From a virus (lineage: Duplodnaviria; Caudoviricetes), in IMG/VR virus record IMGVR_UViG_3300037312_000330, positions 184,885 to 248,884 of that record: a stretch of DNA of 64,000 nucleotides, one strand, 5' to 3'. Below are positions 44,775 to 53,369 of this stretch, piece after piece (positions within the stretch are counted from its first letter, which is position 1; the number at the start of each line of letters is the position of its first letter). The position numbers were made by a program, and so were the translations under genes. The notes beneath the pieces were generated by a model. That model was not told the DNA's origin. It did no database searches and saw nothing but the letters and a program-made list of their open reading frames with translations.

Positions 44775-45797
44775 TTATTCCTCTTCTGATCCGGTATCCT
44801 TGCCTTCGGCACGTGCCCTCGAAAGGGACTCTTCCAGCAGTTCCTCGAATGCGGACGGGATCTTCACCTTCTGACAGTAGAAGGCAAAGCATTCAGCAAA
44901 AGTCTCTTCGACGTTCTTCGTCGCATATTCGGTTATTGCAGGTTTCAGATCATGCGTGTCGATCATGTGATCTGGCCAGAACTTACTGATGTCCTTCAGC
45001 TTGCTAGAACGCCACATGATCTCCAGTTCTCTTCCAGTGATCCTGTGTGTTTCTTTCAGCCACTGCATCAGAGCCTTCTCGATACGCGGACTCATGTCCT
45101 GCGTTGCACCCTTAATGGCACCCTTGAACGACTCTGTTTCCTCATCGTAATCGTCCAGATCATGGAGGATAGCAGACAGTTGCTTTGGCTCTACTTTGAC
45201 CTGCGCAATGGTCTTCTGATAGAGACGCAACCATTTGTTGCGCATCTTGTTGCTTGTCAGTCCATTGAAGCGCACCGCGTGACCGAACTCATGAAAGATC
45301 ACGTTGTCCATCTGACGTTGATCGCCCTTTGCACACTCAGGCGCATACCAGACCACGTTGGGTTTGTCTGCTGAACCAGAGTGCTTGTACACCCCAGCAT
45401 ACTTCCCCTTCTTGGACCTGATCTCCGTTTGGAATTGACTGGCGTACCAACCTAGTCCCAACTTCTCGATGCGTTCAGCAGTACGATCGAGACTCTTCTT
45501 GAGCAGCTTCAGAGTGTCTTTGTCGGGACGAATGAAGAAGTGGATTGGACCCCAGAACTCGTGCTCGATGCTCTTGCGATATAGATTGTGGAGGTCGAAT
45601 CCGTACACGGTTCCAGGGACAGGGTTCTCGCCAAGAATGGCCCTGACCTCCTTCTTCTCGACTTCGATCACGTTCTTCTGATACTGGATGTCCTTCTGCA
45701 GGGCAACCAGCACACCGTCTTCACGGACCTTCTCAATGCGTGCAAGGAATGGCTTCTCTTCCTTGCGTTGACAGATTACATATTGGTTGTTCTTCAT
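44775..45797 (-). CDS. Zinc metallopeptidase-domain protein (HExxH)
   Basis: VIFHEFGHAV and distal TEYATKNVEETFAECF. Confidence 0.7.
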   Translation of the reverse strand: MKNNQYVICQRKEEKPFLARIEKVREDGVLVALQKDIQYQKNVIEVEKKEVRAILGENPVPGTVYGFDLHNLYRKSIEHEFWGPIHFFIRPDKDTLKLLKKSLDRTAERIEKLGLGWYASQFQTEIRSKKGKYAGVYKHSGSADKPNVVWYAPECAKGDQRQMDNVIFHEFGHAVRFNGLTSNKMRNKWLRLYQKTIAQVKVEPKQLSAILHDLDDYDEETESFKGAIKGATQDMSPRIEKALMQWLKETHRITGRELEIMWRSSKLKDISKFWPDHMIDTHDLKPAITEYATKNVEETFAECFAFYCQKVKIPSAFEELLEESLSRARAEGKDTGSEEE

Positions 45798-46213
45798 TTC
45801 AGTTTCGCTGGGTTGATTGGATACAGGATGTCAATTACCTTCAGGTCCATCAACGGCGCAGGAACAGGGTGCGGATCGTGGACCATCACTCCATCATGCC
45901 ATACAGTAGCGTGAAGCATTCCAGGCTCTCGTGGTGATCCACCACTCACAATGTGATATCCTTGTAGCCACAGTCCGTGCCACTGATTGGCGTTCTCGAA
46001 AGTCAGTACGACTACCCCTAAGCCGAAACAATCACGCAGCCAGTTACGGACGTTGGTGTTCCAGATTCTGTTGACTTCGTTGCTATCCATTCCGGCTACA
46101 ACGCCATCGTGGAATTCTGGCACTTCTTCGATACTGATCTCAAAGATTGAGGCTAGGCACGCGGCATAACAGTTGCCTTGGCGACCAACTATCGTTTGGG
46201 TTACAGGTTTCAT
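45794..46213 (-). CDS. Small papain-like (C39-like) cysteine peptidase
   Basis: QT...GNCYAACLASI (Cys), LHATV (His), HDPHP (Asp). Confidence 0.65.
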   Translation of the reverse strand: MKPVTQTIVGRQGNCYAACLASIFEISIEEVPEFHDGVVAGMDSNEVNRIWNTNVRNWLRDCFGLGVVVLTFENANQWHGLWLQGYHIVSGGSPREPGMLHATVWHDGVMVHDPHPVPAPLMDLKVIDILYPINPAKLK

Positions 46214-46479
46214 GTTCTGTTAGTCTTTATAGCGATTCGGATGAAGTTCTCTGTATAGTTGTGGACAATCCACTTCACTTCACCATACACAAGCATACCT
46301 TCTTGCGTGAAGTTGACGTACTCACCGATACGTGGCAGACGCTCGATGTTGTCCCGCCAGTAAGTGTCCGCATAGCTCATGAAGGCACCTTTCTCGTCCA
46401 TCATCCCGACTAGGAAGTGTATGCGTATCCTGGGCTTCCTAGGATTGGCACGAAGCCACTTGAAAAATCCAGCATCCAT
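46210..46479 (-). CDS. Hypothetical protein
   Basis: ORF in operon; start uncertain. Confidence 0.45.
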   Translation of the reverse strand: MDAGFFKWLRANPRKPRIRIHFLVGMMDEKGAFMSYADTYWRDNIERLPRIGEYVNFTQEGMLVYGEVKWIVHNYTENFIRIAIKTNRT

Positions 46480-46480
46480 G

Positions 46481-47383
46481 CTATTTCCTTCGACCAAACA
46501 GACCCTTGATTGTTGCAGCTTTTCTGGTATCTCCTAATAGCCGCAAACTCTCGGGGATCTTCCAGACATGCTCTGTAAGTGCTGGATCGAATTCTGAGAT
46601 TACTAGGTCTTCCAGTTGGTAGACCAGATCACCACGCAGCGTTGTCAGTGCCTTCGCCAAACGCAGTTGCTGCGCGTGGGGCTTTAACTTCTTCAGACCA
46701 GACTTGGTTTCCAACGCCTTCTTGATAGAACCGTACTCTGCAAGGAATGCCTGCGCTGTCTTTGGTCCGAACCCTGGAGTGCCTGGAATGTTGTCCACGG
46801 CATCACCAAGCAAGCACAGGAGGTCGCGCATCTGCCGTGGCTTTATGCCCCAGCGTTTCCAGATCGCCTTGTCGTCCAGCAGTTGTTTGGTCATCGAGTT
46901 GTAGACCTTGACTCGATCGTTGATCTCGCCGTTCAGGTCCTTGTCGCCAGTGACTATCTCCACTGTGGCAACGTCATACAGACTACGAGCAGCAGACGCC
47001 ATCAGATCATCTGACTCGTACCTACGTTTATGACTGTAGGTTATGCCTGCGAGTGTGAGGATCTGCTTAGCGGGTTTGACCAACGCACCCACTTCCACGC
47101 TGGTCTTGAACTCACCACCGTCCGCTGTGGTAAGTGTCATCCCTTCACCTTTCTTGCCACGGTTCGCTTTGTACTTGGAATAGATCTCCTTGCGAAATGA
47201 CTCAGGCCCGTCGAAGCACACGAGCACGTGAGTAGCCCGTCGCTCCAACGAGACGTTACACACCATGGACAAGAACTTGGAAAGCGCGTTCTTCTCTAGG
47301 TTGTCTGGGTTGTTGAACTTACCACTTGTGGACAACGCACGATGAAGAACCCAATTTCCATCATGTACGAGTATCTTCGGCAT
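46481..47383 (-). CDS. 5'-3' exonuclease / flap endonuclease (PolA N-terminal, T4 RNase H-like)
   Basis: LVHDGNW, CFDG..FRKEIYSKYKANR, ESDDL, TGDKDL, LLGDAVDNIPG. Confidence 0.92.
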   Translation of the reverse strand: MPKILVHDGNWVLHRALSTSGKFNNPDNLEKNALSKFLSMVCNVSLERRATHVLVCFDGPESFRKEIYSKYKANRGKKGEGMTLTTADGGEFKTSVEVGALVKPAKQILTLAGITYSHKRRYESDDLMASAARSLYDVATVEIVTGDKDLNGEINDRVKVYNSMTKQLLDDKAIWKRWGIKPRQMRDLLCLLGDAVDNIPGTPGFGPKTAQAFLAEYGSIKKALETKSGLKKLKPHAQQLRLAKALTTLRGDLVYQLEDLVISEFDPALTEHVWKIPESLRLLGDTRKAATIKGLFGRRK

Positions 47384-47747
47384 GTTTACCAATGAAGTCC
47401 ATGTAGTCGGAAGCATGCACGAAGATCGGCTCCTCAAAAGACTTTTTCGCAGTGCGAATGTGCTGTGCCACCTTGGACATGCCGAACGCGCTGTTCATCT
47501 TGCCCTTGCAGTAGGTGTCTGTGATGAACGTCACGCCGTACATTTGGCCAATCTCGCCTTCATAGTACGTCACCTCGTCTATGGTTGTGATGGGATTCGT
47601 CTTGCCACGCAAAATGTCGGAAGGGGAATACCACGGATCAAGCGGAGGTGTGATGATCTGCTTGACTGGCATGATGATGCCAGCCTTCACCACCGTCGGA
47701 GCCATACCCGCGGCCAAGATGCCGCGCAAGAATCCGCGTCTATCCAT
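47361..47747 (-). CDS. Twin-arginine signal-bearing protein A
   Basis: MDRRGFLRGILAAGMAPTVVKAG. Confidence 0.65.
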   Translation of the reverse strand: MDRRGFLRGILAAGMAPTVVKAGIIMPVKQIITPPLDPWYSPSDILRGKTNPITTIDEVTYYEGEIGQMYGVTFITDTYCKGKMNSAFGMSKVAQHIRTAKKSFEEPIFVHASDYMDFIGKHAEDTRT

Positions 47748-48111
47748 GATTCTTCTCCAATTGCAGACCATGCACCAAGGTGCTATGCTTCTGCGGCTTT
47801 GCCCATACTGACATCACCTGTCCGTTCTTCGGATGCATGTTGAACGAGATGTGTGTTCCACCAACAGGGATCATAATCGCTTTGTCCGGCTCGTATACGT
47901 GTTCGCCGATCAGGATGCCGTTGCGATACACACGATATCCGTTCGGACCACCACGCGCTTCAAGCTTCTGCCATGCGTCTGTTGCAACGTAGATGTCATC
48001 AGACAGAGTGATGATCTTCTTTACCGGCATCAAGATGCCAGCGTGGCCGATGGCAGGCGCAAAGCCCGCAGCCAAGATGCCTTTAAGTAGACCGCGTCGT
48101 GTGAGACTCAT
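47740..48111 (-). CDS. Twin-arginine signal-bearing protein B
   Basis: MSLTRRGLLKGILAAGFAPAIGHAG. Confidence 0.65.
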   Translation of the reverse strand: MSLTRRGLLKGILAAGFAPAIGHAGILMPVKKIITLSDDIYVATDAWQKLEARGGPNGYRVYRNGILIGEHVYEPDKAIMIPVGGTHISFNMHPKNGQVMSVWAKPQKHSTLVHGLQLEKNHG

Positions 48112-48126
48112 TCCATTTCTTTCTTG

Positions 48127-48133
48127 ATTTACA
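48127..48133 (-). promoter_or_regulatory. Class A motif TGTAAAT
   Basis: Includes the upstream TAA; 16 nt upstream of ORF 48111. Confidence 0.35.
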
Positions 48134-48893
48134 GCAGCGCTCTAGGACCTTCATATTTACCGTTGGTAATGCTTTCCCACCATTCTACGGTTGCGTCCAA
48201 TGCGCCTTGAGCTACGTCTGCAGACATCTGATGATAACCAAGATGGCGGCTGTTTGGTCTAGCAATGAAGATGTTGAAGTTATTCAACAGCGTTGTATCG
48301 TCATACGATTCGTGCATCGAGAACACGTCGTCCAGATACTTGTGCGGATCCATGTAGAGATTCGGATGCCGTTGCATGTGCAACCATGTCGTGGCAAGCG
48401 TCCGCAACCCGTCCTGCGTCACAATAAAGAACTGGTCTTGCGCCTTGCCCATGTTTAGCACATGCTTCTTAATGTCCTTACCTACAGGCCACGGATTTTC
48501 AACTCCTTTGCGCGCCCACAAGAACAGATCAGGACGCATGATCACGTATCTGTCGTAAGCGGTCCCGAACATCTCGTGGATTTTGTTCCAGAACCACGGA
48601 CCCTTCCCGGCCCGATACATATAGTTTCCAGGAACATTGGCATATGGATACGAGCTCTCCTCATCGAAGACATGCAACGAGTTGAAGCGGATCAGATCCT
48701 TGCGGTTGCTGTATAGAACAGGACCTAAGTCTGCTAGATACTGATCACCGGGTTCGTTCTTAAAGCTGTCTGATGTCGTGCTCCAGGTCATCATGTGCCA
48801 ATCCGCATCTGGATACGGATTGGTCGCCAACCACGATTTGTAGCACAGTCGGTACTCTCGCAAAGCACCAACCACGAAGATACCAGTCTTCAT
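48129..48893 (-). CDS. Glycosyltransferase-like protein (GT-A-like)
   Basis: GIFVVGALR..., DWHMMTW, YDRYVIMRPDL, DQFFI, the layout of phage/bacterial GT-like families. Confidence 0.5.
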   Translation of the reverse strand: MKTGIFVVGALREYRLCYKSWLATNPYPDADWHMMTWSTTSDSFKNEPGDQYLADLGPVLYSNRKDLIRFNSLHVFDEESSYPYANVPGNYMYRAGKGPWFWNKIHEMFGTAYDRYVIMRPDLFLWARKGVENPWPVGKDIKKHVLNMGKAQDQFFIVTQDGLRTLATTWLHMQRHPNLYMDPHKYLDDVFSMHESYDDTTLLNNFNIFIARPNSRHLGYHQMSADVAQGALDATVEWWESITNGKYEGPRALL

Positions 48894-48925
48894 TGTTTGT
48901 GTATGTGTTTCAGGTTAAAGAACCC

Positions 48926-48932
48926 ATTTACA
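48926..48932 (-). promoter_or_regulatory. Class A motif TGTAAAT(GG)
   Basis: Intergenic, ~33 nt upstream of ORF 48893. Confidence 0.55.
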
Positions 48933-48940
48933 GGGGTCCA

Positions 48941-49405
48941 CTACTCTCGGAATTCTGATCGGAGTCGCATTAGTATCTTGCCCAGCTTGTTTTGACCTTT
49001 ACCATTGCAAGTGCCCCAGAAATCGTCGCCCCAGTCGTTTGCTTCTTCTAGATGTTTGTCGCCAGTGCGTTCCAGGAAGATGCGGAGATAATCATGCTGC
49101 AGAAATTTGCAACGTAACACCTCGTACATCTTCTTGACTCGGATGGTTTCCCAATCTGGCCTTAATGGGACTTCTTGCCCTATCTTCTTTGCTAATGCTG
49201 GTGTGGCGGCATCACGCACCATCTTACGGTGCATCGTGCGTATCGTCTTCATAGCTTGGTATGCGTGTTCTGAGGACGGATACTTGAGACCCTGCAAAGC
49301 TATCTCGCAAAGATGGAAGTTCGATAACCAGCGATATTCGGCGAAGAATCCGTAGACGCCTTCCGTAGTCACTGTTGGATAACGCCTGCCATCAATGATC
49401 TGCAT
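48941..49405 (-). CDS. ybiA: NADAR (YbiA) family protein
   Basis: WLSNFH, SSEHAYQAMK, RPDW, CKFLQH, LEEANDWGDDFWG, GQNKLGKILMRLR. Confidence 0.92.
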   Translation of the reverse strand: MQIIDGRRYPTVTTEGVYGFFAEYRWLSNFHLCEIALQGLKYPSSEHAYQAMKTIRTMHRKMVRDAATPALAKKIGQEVPLRPDWETIRVKKMYEVLRCKFLQHDYLRIFLERTGDKHLEEANDWGDDFWGTCNGKGQNKLGKILMRLRSEFRE

Positions 49406-49421
49406 CTGTACTAACCCCGTT

Positions 49422-49526
49422 CTATAGGAAAACCTTGAACCACCAGATTGTGAGAGCTGCTATGGGTTCGGCACAAGCAGCGATTACGATCCCGATGCCC
49501 AGAAGGGCTAGTACAAGTAGCTTCAT
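49422..49526 (-). CDS. Small hydrophobic peptide (34 aa) not in ORF track
   Basis: MKLLVLALLGIGIVIAACAEPIAALTIWWFKVFL; TAAATG coupling to the upstream gene. Confidence 0.45.
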   Translation of the reverse strand: MKLLVLALLGIGIVIAACAEPIAALTIWWFKVFL

Positions 49527-50525
49527 TTATGTCTCCACTTCTACCTTCTTCATGTTCAGACCCTTGCGTATCTCCTTCGACGCGCAATTTATCAGCGGAT
49601 AGACTTTGTGTCCCAATCGTTCGTCTATCTTGCGTTCCAGTCGCTTGGGATCGAAGCAGAACGGTTCTATCGGACACGGGCTGTAGTCATTACGCCAGTT
49701 TTTCCTGTAGTCTGCTGCCGATGCACACAGCTTCCTGGATTCTACTTCTTTGAAGTGTTTGAGCTTGTGTGCCCTAAGCACGAGACGATGCGTCTCCACC
49801 CATTCGTTCATCTCCTTCTTGAGTGCCTTTTTCTCTTCCTTCGACACAGTGACGTAAACGATGTGGCGGTTCTTGTCACCTAGAGGTACGTCTCTGTTCA
49901 AATAGATGAGGGCCCATCCATGTACCTTTATGTCATAACACAACTCTAGCAGCACCACATAGCGTTTGATTTGCTGAACATTGTATGCGTAGGGGAACAC
50001 AGAGCTGTCTGTTCGCCCCTTCATGATCTTGCTGGTAGTAGCTGTTTTGTAGTCAATTACGATGTAGGTGGTCTTGTCACCCAACTTCAGCTTGACCAGT
50101 CCATCAAGATGGCCAACTACCGTATTGCGATACTTGACTTCCAGCTCTTCATAGTGAGGCTTACCTCCACACTTGCACATTCGGAACGTATGGAACTTGG
50201 TGAACTTCCCACATTCGTGACACTTCCAGTCGCCCACGATAAACGTGTTCCGTCCTATGTGTGACTGGAAGGTCGTGTGTGCGGCAGTTCCAACGCTAGT
50301 GAAATAACCGCCAGCAAGATCGGATACTTCACCCTCGGTTAGCTGCTTCGGTGCCGTCAACAACTTCCGAAGACCACAGTATGGAAAGCCTGACGGACGC
50401 ATGAAGAAGAACCTATCTGGTTTCAGCGGGTGATCGACCAACTCCTTTTCTGCATCGTCCATCAAGCGGTGCAGCATCGACTTGAAGTCTGCATCAGACG
50501 CGGACGCATGTATCTTCAGTGGCAC
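49527..50525 (-). CDS. Cas4/AddB-like PD-(D/E)XK nuclease
   Basis: RPSGFPYC, GTAAH, GHLDGL, VIDYKT, QQIKRY, and a C-terminal Cys cluster consistent with Fe-S. Confidence 0.8.
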   Translation of the reverse strand: MPLKIHASASDADFKSMLHRLMDDAEKELVDHPLKPDRFFFMRPSGFPYCGLRKLLTAPKQLTEGEVSDLAGGYFTSVGTAAHTTFQSHIGRNTFIVGDWKCHECGKFTKFHTFRMCKCGGKPHYEELEVKYRNTVVGHLDGLVKLKLGDKTTYIVIDYKTATTSKIMKGRTDSSVFPYAYNVQQIKRYVVLLELCYDIKVHGWALIYLNRDVPLGDKNRHIVYVTVSKEEKKALKKEMNEWVETHRLVLRAHKLKHFKEVESRKLCASAADYRKNWRNDYSPCPIEPFCFDPKRLERKIDERLGHKVYPLINCASKEIRKGLNMKKVEVET

Positions 50526-50851
50526 AGTCTGGACCCCATAGTCACATCTTCCAGATGCTGCTGCACCACAGATTTGTGGATCGATATGCTTAGCGCGTAA
50601 TGCTCTCCCTCTTCTCTGGAAAATGTTACCTTGAATTTATCCTTCAGGTGTGGATTGTTTTCCAGCAAGGTGGTTGTAATGACGGCCTCCAATTCCATCT
50701 CGATGGTTTCTGGATGGATAATGTAGTTCTTAGTGTTTCCGATTAGCTTGTCGCAATACATATCGAGAGCATTGGTCATCAGGTTGACCGTCTCTTCCAC
50801 GTCTACGATATCGCAAACCAGCTCGGGTTGCATCTCGAGGTTTCTGATCAT
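50516..50851 (-). CDS. Hypothetical protein
   Basis: ATG at 50851; first gene of the - block. Confidence 0.5.
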   Translation of the reverse strand: MIRNLEMQPELVCDIVDVEETVNLMTNALDMYCDKLIGNTKNYIIHPETIEMELEAVITTTLLENNPHLKDKFKVTFSREEGEHYALSISIHKSVVQQHLEDVTMGSRLCH

Positions 50852-50880
50852 ACGTCTCAGTAATCTGGTTGTCACAAATA

Positions 50881-50887
50881 CTTTACA
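50881..50887 (-). promoter_or_regulatory. Class A motif TGTAAAG(T), leftward
   Basis: 30 nt upstream of ORF 50851, at the divergence point. Confidence 0.55.
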
Positions 50888-50969
50888 ACGCGAGGGCCTT
50901 ACACACACGCACGCGGCTTCCCTTGCTGACCAGCGCGCACCATTAAATTAATCCCTTGCGCCTCCATCT

Positions 50970-50976
50970 TGTAAAT
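50970..50976 (+). promoter_or_regulatory. Class A motif TGTAAAT(GG), rightward
   Basis: 27 nt upstream of the primase, at the divergence point. Confidence 0.6.
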
Positions 50977-51002
50977 GGTGATCACAAAGGACAACGTGTG
51001 CC

Positions 51003-52085
51003 ATGATGGGATTTCAATCTTCCAAATACGGCTCGGCTGAAGACCGAGTGCGATTGGTCCGAGAAGAGCTGAACACATTATCGGGTTCCAAACGGGACCT
51101 CGGAAACAAATACCAGATCTGCTGTCCGTATCATAATGACAGCAACCCTAGTGCGTTGGTTACATTGGACCCTCTAGAACAAAATGGTCCGATCGGGTGG
51201 ATGACCTGTTTAGGTTGTGGAAAGAGCGTGGGTTGGAATGATCTGGCTAGAACGCTGAACCTCAAGCTAATGGGAAAGCCCAAGACGCTGAAGGCAGAGC
51301 ACTTCTCTCGACCAAAAGAATTCAAAGACGAACTGCTGAAGAAAGGCAACAAGACCAACGGATCGTTCTCAGAACTGGAGGAACTACGTATCCAGGCGAA
51401 GTTCCCGTTCAAGGAATGGCGTGGTGTGGACGTCCAGCTACTGTATGCAGTCGGCGCACAGTACGTGCTGCACACTGGATGGAACAATATGCCATTCGTG
51501 TTCCTTCCTGTGTTGGTAAACCGGAAACTGCGTGGATACGTAAAAGCTAAGATAGAGAAGCCAACAGACGGCAAGCCGAGCTATCTGAATGCGAAGGCAG
51601 ACAACGGATTCAACTGGAGTCGTAGATGGGGTCTGATCTACTTCGACTACGCTGTGGAACTGATGAAGCAACGTGGTCTCAAGACGATGGTGTTGTGTGA
51701 AGGACCGCGAGATAGTCTGCGATATTTGGCCCAAGAGATCCCTGCCGTGTCTGTACTAGGAGCATTGAACTGGAGTGCTCATAAACGTGAGCTTCTGGAA
51801 GACGCTGGCGTTGAGAAGTTGATCTTGTCGTTCGATGGCGACGATGCTGGTATCAAAGCTACGAAGGTCGTCTACAAGGATGTAAGGCACAATTTCGATA
51901 CCAAGTATCTGGCCTTGTGGAAAGAACGCAGACCGCGCTGGGAGAACATTAAACCGAGCACCAAGCACGTAAGACAAGCGTTCAAAATGCAAGGAGACAA
52001 GAAGGTGCTTCTATGGGAAAACGAACTGGATCCGTTCAACATGCCGGAGCGCTTCGTGCGTGCAGTGGAAGAGGAGTTAGTGTGA
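51003..52085 (+). CDS. dnaG: DNA primase (CHC2 zinc finger + TOPRIM)
   Basis: CCPYHNDSNPSA...CLGCG; MVLCEGPRD; LSFDGDDAG. Confidence 0.9.
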   Translation: MMGFQSSKYGSAEDRVRLVREELNTLSGSKRDLGNKYQICCPYHNDSNPSALVTLDPLEQNGPIGWMTCLGCGKSVGWNDLARTLNLKLMGKPKTLKAEHFSRPKEFKDELLKKGNKTNGSFSELEELRIQAKFPFKEWRGVDVQLLYAVGAQYVLHTGWNNMPFVFLPVLVNRKLRGYVKAKIEKPTDGKPSYLNAKADNGFNWSRRWGLIYFDYAVELMKQRGLKTMVLCEGPRDSLRYLAQEIPAVSVLGALNWSAHKRELLEDAGVEKLILSFDGDDAGIKATKVVYKDVRHNFDTKYLALWKERRPRWENIKPSTKHVRQAFKMQGDKKVLLWENELDPFNMPERFVRAVEEELV

Positions 52086-52288
52086 AGATCACAATCTGGA
52101 AGCACAAAGGATATTGGAAGGTAAAGCCATACAGTTCAGGACAGCAAGGTGACATGGGGAAAGCCTTTCAGTTCTGCCTAGATCTAAATCGGAAAGAAGG
52201 ACTTCTAGAACCGGAGAAGATGCTGCCGCCGTGGTGGCCGGAAATGGAAGTGCTGACAGTCGGTGACTACACGAAGGAATTGACATGA
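52082..52288 (+). CDS. Hypothetical protein
   Basis: GTGA coupling, GAGGAG RBS. Confidence 0.5.
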   Translation: MKITIWKHKGYWKVKPYSSGQQGDMGKAFQFCLDLNRKEGLLEPEKMLPPWWPEMEVLTVGDYTKELT

Positions 52289-52533
52289 AAGAACCTAAAT
52301 ATGCTGTATATCCTGGTCCGGTACGCAGCCGGACCGACGGCCAGGAACATCACATTGGCGCACGAGAGTTGATGTTTCTCTACGGCGTTGAACCGTCGGA
52401 TTGTCTCATAGTATGGCCTCACGAATACACAGATCCATCTGCTCGTTCCAGGATAGATAGGGCAGCCAAGCTGCCTGCCTTGTGTCCACGGTTTGATGGA
52501 GACTACAAGCTACCGGAGAAGAAAGAATGCTGA
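52285..52533 (+). CDS. Hypothetical phage protein
   Basis: ATGA coupling; YAVYPG.VRS..DG..H.IGA..L..LYGV. Confidence 0.55.
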   Translation: MKEPKYAVYPGPVRSRTDGQEHHIGARELMFLYGVEPSDCLIVWPHEYTDPSARSRIDRAAKLPALCPRFDGDYKLPEKKEC

Positions 52534-53369
52534 TATCACATAAGAATCGTTTCGTGTTCGTGCACAATCCAAAGGTGGCTGGCACGAGCTTTCGTAACAT
52601 GCTGTGCAAGAACTTCGAGTGTGAAGACCGACGCTTCAACGCTCGTGTGGACGGTGTGTGTCAGGATCAGGCACATCTGAGAGTAGATCAGTGGCCATCT
52701 AGCCTGTGGGATTTGTACATCCAAGGTTACTATTTCTTCGGAATGGTGCGTGATCCACGTGATCGCTTCCTGTCCAGTATGTCAGAGTTCTGGTATCAAC
52801 ATCAGGACATGGCTCAGCAACTTGGAACCACTCGCGAGAATCTGCTGCGCGTGATGCTGACGCCGAACAGCATCGCCTACGATGTTCGATTCATCCACTT
52901 CACAGAACAGTGGCGCTTCTTCGACTACGAGCCAGTAGGGGATTCTGATCAGAACCTGGACATAGATATTTTCAGGTTCGAAGATATGGAACATTGGGTG
53001 AATAGTCCGAATTTCAAGGACAAGCTGAAGTTCAATGGGCGACTAGAACTGCAAAACGATAGGCCATCCTATTATCGTGCTAAGGAATTCCCGGAGGAGC
53101 TGGAATCGATGATTCCATTCCTGTACAAGGAAGACTACGACATGTTCGGGTATGCACGAAAACTGCCGATGCAATTCCTGTGGCACACCCATAGTCACAG
53201 ACTGGAGTTCGTACATCGCTATCCTGAGATGGTAGACATTGGGAAGTTGAATCAGCGTGAGTACAATGCACTGCAACGCGAGAAACCAGTGATAGAGTCT
53301 CTGTCAAGGATGAGTCTTGCGGATTATGCTACGCGAACAACTATCATCCGTAGAACTGCAAATGTCTAA
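52527..53369 (+). CDS. PAPS-dependent sulfotransferase (Sulfotransfer_2-like)
   Basis: 5'-PSB loop FVHNPKVAGTSF, 3'-PB motif MVRDPRDRFLS, HFTEQ, IFRFEDM, LYKEDYDMFGY. Confidence 0.85.
   Translation: MLISHKNRFVFVHNPKVAGTSFRNMLCKNFECEDRRFNARVDGVCQDQAHLRVDQWPSSLWDLYIQGYYFFGMVRDPRDRFLSSMSEFWYQHQDMAQQLGTTRENLLRVMLTPNSIAYDVRFIHFTEQWRFFDYEPVGDSDQNLDIDIFRFEDMEHWVNSPNFKDKLKFNGRLELQNDRPSYYRAKEFPEELESMIPFLYKEDYDMFGYARKLPMQFLWHTHSHRLEFVHRYPEMVDIGKLNQREYNALQREKPVIESLSRMSLADYATRTTIIRRTANV

Noticed and set aside
49527-50525. Cas4-like gene as evidence of a CRISPR-Cas system
   Set aside because: No cas1/cas2, effector genes or repeat-spacer array in the window; solo Cas4-like nucleases are common in phages.
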